Source: Candidatus Electronema halotolerans (GTDB taxonomy: Bacteria > Desulfobacterota > Desulfobulbia > Desulfobulbales > Desulfobulbaceae). Taken from it: a stretch of 32,000 bases of DNA. The stretch is taken from positions 1,350,001 to 1,382,000 of the forward strand of contig OW818675.1 of assembly GCA_942493095.1 (NCBI GenBank), read 5' to 3'. Of this stretch, positions 25,584-32,000 are shown in pieces; within the stretch, counting starts at the first letter, position 1, and each line of letters opens with the position of its first letter. Made by a program: the position numbers and the translations under genes. The notes below the pieces were generated by a model. It was not told the DNA's origin. It searched no databases and saw nothing but the letters and a program-made list of their open reading frames with translations.

Positions 25584-25784
25584 AATCAAAAGCTCCTCCT
25601 TTCCTCTGTTGGTTGGTAAAAAAAATGAAACGCCACGAGTCATACATGAGGCTATTATAGTGGAACAGACGGCAAAATCAAAGATGTGGGACAATTTTTT
25701 TTGCCTTTGCAGGCATCCGCAGGGAAGTTGGGCTGTATCTTCTTAGTTCTTCGTAACAATGCCCGATGCAGCCTTCGGAATCAT

Positions 25785-25825
25785 CCCGATAGTGGTATCG
25801 GGCAAACCTCGATGGTGGTATCGGG
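25785..25825. promoter_or_regulatory. Two tandem palindromic operator- or hairpin-like sites in the cytochrome/trmFO divergent intergenic region
   Basis: CCCGATAGTGGTATCGGG (25785-25802) has perfect 7-bp arms and a 4-bp spacer. CTCGATGGTGGTATCGGG (25808-25825) lies 23 bp downstream. Upstream TGCCCGAT (25760-25767) can pair with ATCGGGCA (25797-25804). Confidence 0.35.
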
Positions 25826-25974
25826 CCATGCTCGAAGCAGGCTTCGGGATGAGCCGCAGGCCTGCCCGCGCTTCCTTTTTTCCTGCTCCTGCTCACTTTC
25901 AAGGTGAAGAGTGAAGGGAAATGCTTTACATTAGAATGGTTCCTCTCCTCCAACTGTTCATGCGAGACAAGAAG

Positions 25975-27306
25975 ATGCCCGCAACAACCATTCAGATCAT
26001 CGGCGGCGGCCTGGCAGGCTGCGAGGCGGCTTGGCAGGCTGCGGAGCGCGGCTGCCCGGTCGAACTGCACGAGATGAAGCCAGTCAGATTCAGCCCGGCC
26101 CATGAGTCGGACCTGCTCGGCGAGCTGGTCTGCTCCAATTCGCTCCGCTCCAACGCCCCGGACTCGGCAGTCGGCCTGCTCAAGGAGGAGATGCGGCAGC
26201 TTGATTCGCTGATCATCCGGGCCGCCGAAGCAACGGCAGTTCCGGCAGGCTCGGCTCTGGCGGTTGACCGGCAGCAGTTTGCCGCCTTCATCTCCAAAGT
26301 GATGGCCGAGCATCCGCGCATCACGGTCATCCGCCGCGAAGTCACTGCGCTGCCACAGAGCACCGGGCCTGTGATTCTTGCCACCGGGCCGCTGACCTCT
26401 GAGGCCATGACCGCCAGCCTGCTGGCCCTGACCGGGGAGAAGCACTTGGCCTTTTACGATGCCATTGCCCCGATTGTCGCGGCAGATTCGCTCGACATGA
26501 CCATCATCTACCGCAAATCGCGCTGGGATGACGACACGCCGGGCGATTATCTCAACTGTCCGATGACTGCGGCAGAGTACAACGCCTTTATTGATCTGCT
26601 TGCCGCCGCTCAGACTGTGCCGCTCAAGTCCTTTGAAGAACCCAAGTATTTCGAGGGCTGCCTGCCGATTGAGGTGATGTGCGCCAGAGGTCGCGACACT
26701 CTGCGCTTCGGGCCGATGAAGCCGGTCGGTCTGGCTGATCCCCGCACTGGCAAGGAGCCTCATGCGGCAGTCCAGCTCCGGGCCGAGAATTGCGACGGCA
26801 CGGCGTATAATTTGGTCGGCTTCCAGACCAAGCTGACCTACACGGAGCAGAAGCGGGTCTTCCGCAGCATTCCCGGCTTGACCCAGGCCGAGTTTGTCCG
26901 CCTTGGCTCCATCCACCGCAACACCTTCATCTGCGCTCCGGCCCTGTTGGACAGCTCGCTCCAGCTGAGGCAGCGGCCCGGTCTGTTCCTGGCTGGCCAG
27001 CTTTCCGGGGTGGAAGGCTATGTCGAGTCAGCGGCAATGGGCCTGCTGGCCGGCCTCAACGCGGCCCGGCTGACAGTTAGTCAGAGCATGCTGCCGCCAC
27101 CGCCCGGAACCGCCCTCGGCGCGCTGGTCTGCCATCTGACCGCATCTGACCCGGCTCATTTCCAGCCCTCCAATGTCAACTTCGGCCTGTTCCCGCCCCT
27201 GACCCAAAAGGTGCGGAAAAAGGAGCGGGGCGGCTTCCGGGCGCAGACCGCCTTGCAGCTGCTGGAGGCATGGCAAAAAGACATGGCAAGCCAGCTTTCC
27301 CCTTGA
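25975..27306 (+). CDS. trmFO: Methylenetetrahydrofolate--tRNA-(uracil54-C5)-methyltransferase
   Basis: [36 protein letters not shown]..; ..[24 protein letters not shown]... Start trimmed from 25921. Confidence 0.9.
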   Translation: MPATTIQIIGGGLAGCEAAWQAAERGCPVELHEMKPVRFSPAHESDLLGELVCSNSLRSNAPDSAVGLLKEEMRQLDSLIIRAAEATAVPAGSALAVDRQQFAAFISKVMAEHPRITVIRREVTALPQSTGPVILATGPLTSEAMTASLLALTGEKHLAFYDAIAPIVAADSLDMTIIYRKSRWDDDTPGDYLNCPMTAAEYNAFIDLLAAAQTVPLKSFEEPKYFEGCLPIEVMCARGRDTLRFGPMKPVGLADPRTGKEPHAAVQLRAENCDGTAYNLVGFQTKLTYTEQKRVFRSIPGLTQAEFVRLGSIHRNTFICAPALLDSSLQLRQRPGLFLAGQLSGVEGYVESAAMGLLAGLNAARLTVSQSMLPPPPGTALGALVCHLTASDPAHFQPSNVNFGLFPPLTQKVRKKERGGFRAQTALQLLEAWQKDMASQLSP

Positions 27307-27406
27307 CAAAGGACTTGTCAGTCAGTGTTAAATACAGAGAGGAGGAGTGAACCATGCCGACCATTGCGATACGTCGCACCGAATCAAGTCAAGGAGAGAT
27401 GATCAG

Positions 27407-28018
27407 ATGCTGAAGGTCAAATATTTATTTTCTGCTGCAGCAGTGCTGCTGGGCCTCCGCCCTGCGGCAGCCGCAATCAAGTCCTGCGCAGAGCTGCAAG
27501 CGGAGATTGAAGCCAAGCTGGCCGCCAAAAAGGTCAAGGCGTACTGCCTGACTATTGTGGAAAAAGAAGAGGAGGCGCAGGGGAAAACCGTTGGCTCCTG
27601 TGAAAACAGCTCCAAGAAAATTATGTACATCAGGCAGGGGAATGCTCCGGCTGAACCGTCCGGGCAGTCCCAGTCGGCCAAGAACGATTCAGCCGGGGAT
27701 GCTGACTGGCCAGTCATGCAGGTTTGCAGTGACCAGCTGATTGCAACAGCGGGTGGGCAAGAGAAAGTCGTTTTCTCCTGTGGAGACGGCTCCAGGCCCG
27801 TTGACCAAGACAGCGCAGTCGAGGAAGCCTTGGCTAAGGTGACAGCGCAGAGCATCAAGCCATGCCCGGAGCTGAAGGCGGAGATTGAGGCCAAGCTCAA
27901 AGCGCACAAGGTTAAAGCATACACGCTGAACATTGTCAGCAAGAATGCCGATGCGCCGGGCAAGGTGGTGGGCACCTGCGAGAACAGCTCCAAAAAAATC
28001 ATGTACATCAGAAAGTAG
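27407..28018 (+). CDS. Secreted protein with two DUF1161-like modules
   Basis: ATG 27407 has AAGGAGAG upstream. Signal MLKVKYLFSAAAVLLGLRPAAA. Module 1: CAELQAEIEAKLAAKKVKAYCLTIV..GKTVGSCENSSKKIMYIRQ. Module 2: CPELKAEIEAKLKAHKVKAYTLNIV..GKVVGTCENSSKKIMYIRK. Confidence 0.7.
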   Translation: MLKVKYLFSAAAVLLGLRPAAAAIKSCAELQAEIEAKLAAKKVKAYCLTIVEKEEEAQGKTVGSCENSSKKIMYIRQGNAPAEPSGQSQSAKNDSAGDADWPVMQVCSDQLIATAGGQEKVVFSCGDGSRPVDQDSAVEEALAKVTAQSIKPCPELKAEIEAKLKAHKVKAYTLNIVSKNADAPGKVVGTCENSSKKIMYIRK

Positions 28019-28198
28019 GGCTTGGGAGGGCGGCAGCAGGTGCTCTCCTGCTTCCTGTCCAAGGCCTCCGCTCTTGCTCCTCAGCCTGCCGCTTTTCCGC
28101 CCTTGCCGGTGATTGTCCGTGACTTTGCTGGATAAAATGGTACAATAACAGATTGCATTGCAAGACACTGCACAAGCAGCTCATTATTTCAAACAACA

Positions 28199-29011
28199 AT
28201 GACAGAATGCAGGAGGAATGCTGTTACCATGAAGCCTTCACGGCAGCCGGGCGGCCCGGTGGAAGAGAATTCAGGACAGGACAGCGGCGAAGGGCAGAGT
28301 GCGGAGGGCATCGGGAACGTGCTGGAACGGTATTTTGACGACATCACGGCCCGCTGCCCTTATGAAATGCCGCATAAGGCGGTGTATCATCAGGCCATGT
28401 TCGGCCCGCTGACCGATGCGACGATGGGAGTGCTTTTCGAGAACGGCTACCGCCGCAACGGCAACTGCATGTATGCGATGCGCTGCCCGCGCTGCAGCAA
28501 ATGCGTGCCCATCCGTCTGACCCCGCAGGAATTTCAACCCAACCGCAGCCAGAAGCGGGTCTGGCGAAAAAATCATAACATCTCGGTCGGCCTGGCGCCA
28601 GTGACCATGTCGGATGAGAACTTGGAGCTGCTGGACCGCTTTCTCACCACCCGCTTTCCTGCCAGCCAGGCTGATGCGGAAAGCTATTACAATGATTTTT
28701 TCATCACTGGCATGACCAAGTGCTTTGAAATCCGCTACCGGTCGGAAAACAACAAGCTGCTTGGCGTGGCTGTGATTGACTGCTCAGACCAGTGGCTCAA
28801 TGCGGTGTACTTCTATTTTGACCCGGCGCAGGACTGGCGCAGCCCCGGCACGCTCAACATCCTTTATCTGATTGATTTCTGCCGTCGGCACGGCATAGTC
28901 AGCCTCTATCTCGGCTACTGGATTGAAGGGCTGAAGGGAATGCACTACAAGACCGATTTCCGGCCCCACGAGATTCTCGAAAAGGGCCGCTGGCTGCGGG
29001 TGGAACGGTGA
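28199..29011 (+). CDS. bpt: Arginyl/leucyl-tRNA--protein transferase (Ate/Bpt family)
   Basis: ..CPYEMPHKAVYHQAMF..FENGYRRNGNCMYAMRCPRCSKCVPIRL..FQPNRSQKRVWRKN..LGVAVIDC..LNAVYFYFDP..SPGTLNILYLID..LYLGYWIEG..MHYKTDFRP.. An alternative start is ATG 28229. Confidence 0.8.
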   Translation: MTECRRNAVTMKPSRQPGGPVEENSGQDSGEGQSAEGIGNVLERYFDDITARCPYEMPHKAVYHQAMFGPLTDATMGVLFENGYRRNGNCMYAMRCPRCSKCVPIRLTPQEFQPNRSQKRVWRKNHNISVGLAPVTMSDENLELLDRFLTTRFPASQADAESYYNDFFITGMTKCFEIRYRSENNKLLGVAVIDCSDQWLNAVYFYFDPAQDWRSPGTLNILYLIDFCRRHGIVSLYLGYWIEGLKGMHYKTDFRPHEILEKGRWLRVER

Positions 29012-29017
29012 AGCTGC

Positions 29018-30133
29018 TCACTTGCCCGTCCTGATGCGGAGTGTCACCCGGCGGTTGAGCCGCCGTCCTTCTGCGGTCTTGTTGGAGGCGACTGGTTTGG
29101 CATAACCGTACCAGTAGAGCAGAATCCGCTTCTTGTTCAGCCCCGGAAAATTGGTGAGCAAATATCTGCGTGCGCTTTCCGCCCGCCGCCGGGAGAGATG
29201 CAGGTTGTAGTGCTTGGTGCCGATGCTGTCGCAGAAGCCGGAAAGCACGGCGTAGTCCTTGGGATTTTCCAGCAAGTGACGGCCCAGCCTGTCTAAGGTG
29301 TTGCGGTATTCCTTCCTGATTTCAGACTTGTCAAAGGCAAAGAGCACATTAGGGAAGGGGCTGTCCGCAGGCATGTAGAGCCTGCCGAACAGATGCTCAG
29401 GATGCTCGGCAACGGTGTCAAAATCGATCACCTGCGAGCAGTCGTTGACTTCGGCAATATCATTGAGCAGCTTCTCGGCGGTGCTGTTGGTCGCGCTGCT
29501 GATCAGATTGAAGCAGACATCGTATTTTTCCGCCAGCATCTTGGCCTGCGCCAGCGGTTCCGGCTCATCAACTCCTTCAAAGCGGGAGGCGGCTCCGTTG
29601 GTGAACATGAAGACCTCAGTCCGGCCCGGCAGGCCAAGCAGATGCTCCAGCTTCATCAGGGCAATCTGGAGCATGGGCGGGCCGGAGCTGCGCACTGGCA
29701 GCTGCTCCAGCGCGGCAGTGAAGGCAGACCGGTCATACTTGTGCAGGGGATAGTACGGATGAAAGCCATGCTTGGCCCCAGGCAGCCACATCACATTTTT
29801 CCAGTGCGGATACAGTCCTGCCTGCCAGTTCAGCTCCGGCAGACTGGCATTGCTCTCCAGCAGAATTTCCTTGGATTTTTCCAGCCGTGTCAGGCCGGTG
29901 TTCTTGTAGGGCACGGTCATGGCCGTGGAGGGATCATAGAAGACAAAAAAGTTGTCCGCCATCCGCACATACTGCTTTGGACCAATCAGCTCCGGCTGCC
30001 ATATCCAGCCTTTTTTCGTTGACGGCGAAATGGTTTTCCTGCCGTGGGCCGCAGCAGTGCCGACAATGCTCGGAAGGAATAATAAACACGCTGAGAGCAA
30101 GGCCAAAATTTGTAATTTTTTCATCATCATCAC
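29018..30133 (-). CDS. Secreted protein with a vWA-like N-terminal region and a C-terminal OmpA-like peptidoglycan-binding domain
   Basis: Signal MMMMKKLQILALLSACLLFLPSIVGTAAA. C-terminus FAFDKSEIRKEY..LDRLGRHLLENP..GFCDSIGTKHYNLHLSRRRAESARRYL..GRRLNRRVTLRI. The start overlaps the stop of the upstream MBL gene. Confidence 0.7.
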   Translation of the reverse strand: MMMMKKLQILALLSACLLFLPSIVGTAAAHGRKTISPSTKKGWIWQPELIGPKQYVRMADNFFVFYDPSTAMTVPYKNTGLTRLEKSKEILLESNASLPELNWQAGLYPHWKNVMWLPGAKHGFHPYYPLHKYDRSAFTAALEQLPVRSSGPPMLQIALMKLEHLLGLPGRTEVFMFTNGAASRFEGVDEPEPLAQAKMLAEKYDVCFNLISSATNSTAEKLLNDIAEVNDCSQVIDFDTVAEHPEHLFGRLYMPADSPFPNVLFAFDKSEIRKEYRNTLDRLGRHLLENPKDYAVLSGFCDSIGTKHYNLHLSRRRAESARRYLLTNFPGLNKKRILLYWYGYAKPVASNKTAEGRRLNRRVTLRIRTGK

Positions 30134-30879
30134 AATATGATTCGGTCTCCGGCGACCGGCAGCAGGGCTTGGGGAACAGTTCGGATTTTCTCCTCAATGG
30201 CAGGCAGTTCGTTGCGCCGCAGTTCATGATCCAGATGCACCAAGGCAATCTGGCCCAGCTCCAGCTCTTCCGTCAACTGCAAGGTGCTGGTGACAGAGCC
30301 GTGATAGGGAAAGGTGTCCACCATGCTGAAGGACTCATGAATGACAAAATCAGTGCCTTGGATCAGCTCCCGCGCATGGCGGCCCGCCCGCCCGTCACCG
30401 CTGTAGTAGAGCCGGTGCTGGCCGTCGTCCAGCCGCAGGCCCAGATTGTACTGCGAATGCTGCGTCAGCGCAGCGGCCCAGTCCAGTCCGGCCAGCGAAA
30501 TGCTCTCTTGGGCGTGAAGAAGGTGAAATTCAAAGCTGAAGCTGAGTTTTCGCTCAAAGGTGGGATAGGCTAAATCCAGCACCTGCCTGACCTTGCTTTC
30601 AATGCCCTTCTGGCCGATGATGGTCAGCGGTCTGGTTCTGCCAAGCTGCCAGAAACGGAGGAAGAGGAGGGGCAGGCCAAGGAAATGATCGCCGTGAAAA
30701 TGGGAAATCCAAACTATGTCAAGCTGTTCCGGCTGGTCAACCGTACGGAAATACTGATGCGCCACTGAAAAGCCGCAGTCGAGCAGGATTCTGAGTCCAT
30801 TGTTGGTTGTGATCAGCGAGGAGCTGTTGCCGTGCGCGGTGTCACAGGCCTCCCCGACGCCGAGAAAGAAAATTTCCAC
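30130..30879 (-). CDS. MBL-fold metallo-hydrolase (RNase Z/ElaC-like)
   Basis: VEIFFLGVGEACD..; ILLDCG; WISHFHGDHFLGLP; ..VHLDHE.. The start is uncertain: GTG 30879 with GGGAG upstream, or TTG 30924 as in the track. Confidence 0.7.
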   Translation of the reverse strand: MEIFFLGVGEACDTAHGNSSSLITTNNGLRILLDCGFSVAHQYFRTVDQPEQLDIVWISHFHGDHFLGLPLLFLRFWQLGRTRPLTIIGQKGIESKVRQVLDLAYPTFERKLSFSFEFHLLHAQESISLAGLDWAAALTQHSQYNLGLRLDDGQHRLYYSGDGRAGRHARELIQGTDFVIHESFSMVDTFPYHGSVTSTLQLTEELELGQIALVHLDHELRRNELPAIEEKIRTVPQALLPVAGDRIIL

Positions 30880-30931
30880 CGTAGCTGCTCCCGATACTTT
30901 TTTTCTTGCAAATAGTTCTTGCAAGTTGCAC

Positions 30932-31237
30932 TTAATTAAAAGTGGGTGTATCTACCACTATTGTTTTCACTAAAAAATTGAAAGCACCTGTTCTGTCCTG
31001 ACAAACTCTTGACCCATCGACAAGCTTAATGGTCTTTGCGCTACCAAGCTTGTCGTTCACTACACCAGTTTGAGGATGTGTCTTGCTGGTGTATTCTTCT
31101 GTGTTTATTACTACTCGACAACCTTTTTTAAAAGCAATCCATTCAAGGCGTTTGCGGAACTTGTAGAAAAAAATTCCCATCATTACTCTTATAGCGATTA
31201 CGGGTTGAGTGGCTATCAGATTCCTTTGCCTTGTCAA
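30932..31237 (-). pseudogene. C-terminal remnant of an IS200/IS605-type TnpB (RuvC-like) protein
   Basis: ..GIFFYKFRKRLEWIAFKKGCRVVINTEEYTSKTHPQTGVV..CQDRTGAFNFL.. matches the TnpB tail pattern (LEYKA..G..V..V.E.YTSxxC..CG...DRD.NAA.NI). The zinc-finger cysteines are replaced, the upstream frame is closed by a stop, and only about 100 of the roughly 400 expected aa remain. Confidence 0.6.
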
Positions 31238-31445
31238 AAGTTTTATGTATATAAATTCAATATGTTATACAGGTAACAACATAGCGGACTGATTGCCGTG
31301 AGACGCATAACTGCTATAGTAGTCAACTGTTGTCAACCTTGCAGGACTGACCCGTTGCCAAAGGCATGATGCTTCTGTTTACTTCCTGTTTACTATAGGT
31401 GTTTTTAGCTGCCGAAGCAAGCCGCTTTCGCAGAGAAAAAAATAA

Positions 31446-32000
31446 TCAGGCGCGGAGCGGCAGAACGAATTTGTCCGGCTCCGCCTGTCCGGCGAGCTGT
31501 TCAGGAGGAAAGTTCACAAAGGAAAACAGATGGTTTTCCAGTTCACCGCATTTGCGGAAGTTGTCCCGGATGCCCTGCTGCCTGCGCGCATCGCCGCCGC
31601 TGTATTTCTCCAAAATGTAGTCCAGCCGTTCCGGCAGACTGACAATCTTGTCATGCAGGACCCGCTTGTCCGCATAATAGACAATCTCTTGGGCGGAGAA
31701 AATGCCCTGCTGATACCGCGCCGGAGCAAAATCCGAGAGGATGACATGCGCGGCGACAATCTCGGCAATTTCCGGCAAGCCCAGACTGCGGCAGAGTTCC
31801 GCCCCAGCCTTGGCATGGTTGCAGCCGCTTTTCAGGCAGGGGGTTTTGGCAATGTCATGCAGGAGCGCGCCGCTGATGCAGAGCTGAAGATCAGGCGGCT
31901 GGCGGCTGGTTTTGCCCAGCTCCTCAGCCAGCAGGGCGGCCACGCGGGCGACGACAAAGGAATGCTCGCGGATATTGGCCAGCATTCCGTGCTCTTCCAT
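31446..32000 (-). CDS. HD-domain phosphohydrolase family protein; reaches the right edge, so the N-terminus may be incomplete
   Basis: ..IREHSFVVARVAALLAEELG..ISGALLHDIAK..HAKAGAELC..AAHV.. shows the H..HD..D pattern of the HD superfamily. Confidence 0.65.
   Translation of the reverse strand: MEEHGMLANIREHSFVVARVAALLAEELGKTSRQPPDLQLCISGALLHDIAKTPCLKSGCNHAKAGAELCRSLGLPEIAEIVAAHVILSDFAPARYQQGIFSAQEIVYYADKRVLHDKIVSLPERLDYILEKYSGGDARRQQGIRDNFRKCGELENHLFSFVNFPPEQLAGQAEPDKFVLPLRA

Noticed and set aside
25678-26916. 412-aa minus-strand ORF
   Set aside because: It is antisense to trmFO, which has unambiguous FAD-binding and family motifs.
27403-28168. Minus-strand ORFs 27403..28062 and 27689..28168
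   Set aside because: They are antisense to the DUF1161 tandem gene, which has a strong SD, a signal peptide and an internally duplicated conserved motif.

Overview
Bacterial chromosomal window, moderately GC-rich with a few clearly AT-richer patches. MJ0042-type zinc ribbons, a periplasmic multihaem cytochrome and a DsrE-like protein hint at a Desulfobacterota-like anaerobe, but taxonomy cannot be proven from this sequence. Housekeeping genes are nrdJ (partial), tRNA-Phe, dnaE, hemH, glyQ, trmFO and bpt. They are interleaved with selfish or decayed DNA: (1) an HNH-endonuclease intein in nrdJ and a 229-aa mini-intein in dnaE; (2) an IS481-family element upstream of dnaE whose transposase carries two compensating 1-nt frameshifts and a nested 201-bp MITE-like insertion with a 6-bp target duplication; (3) a 14-blade secreted RCC1-repeat gene broken by six indels that alternate between two frames; (4) a 730-bp ORF-free repeat patch; (5) a truncated TnpB remnant. 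The most unusual coding content is: a signal-peptide pentahaem cytochrome c fused to a C-terminal truncated haemoglobin; a 650-aa HAD phosphatase fused to two tandem degenerate IGP-dehydratase-like domains; an HPF(S30AE)-cold-shock-domain fusion; and a tightly coupled four-gene operon (zinc-ribbon/HAMP membrane protein, orphan PhnD-like binding protein, double PATAN/DUF4388-like protein, polytopic membrane protein) with no recognisable output domain. All calls rest on reading the translations and the nucleotide sequence by eye. No database search was run.
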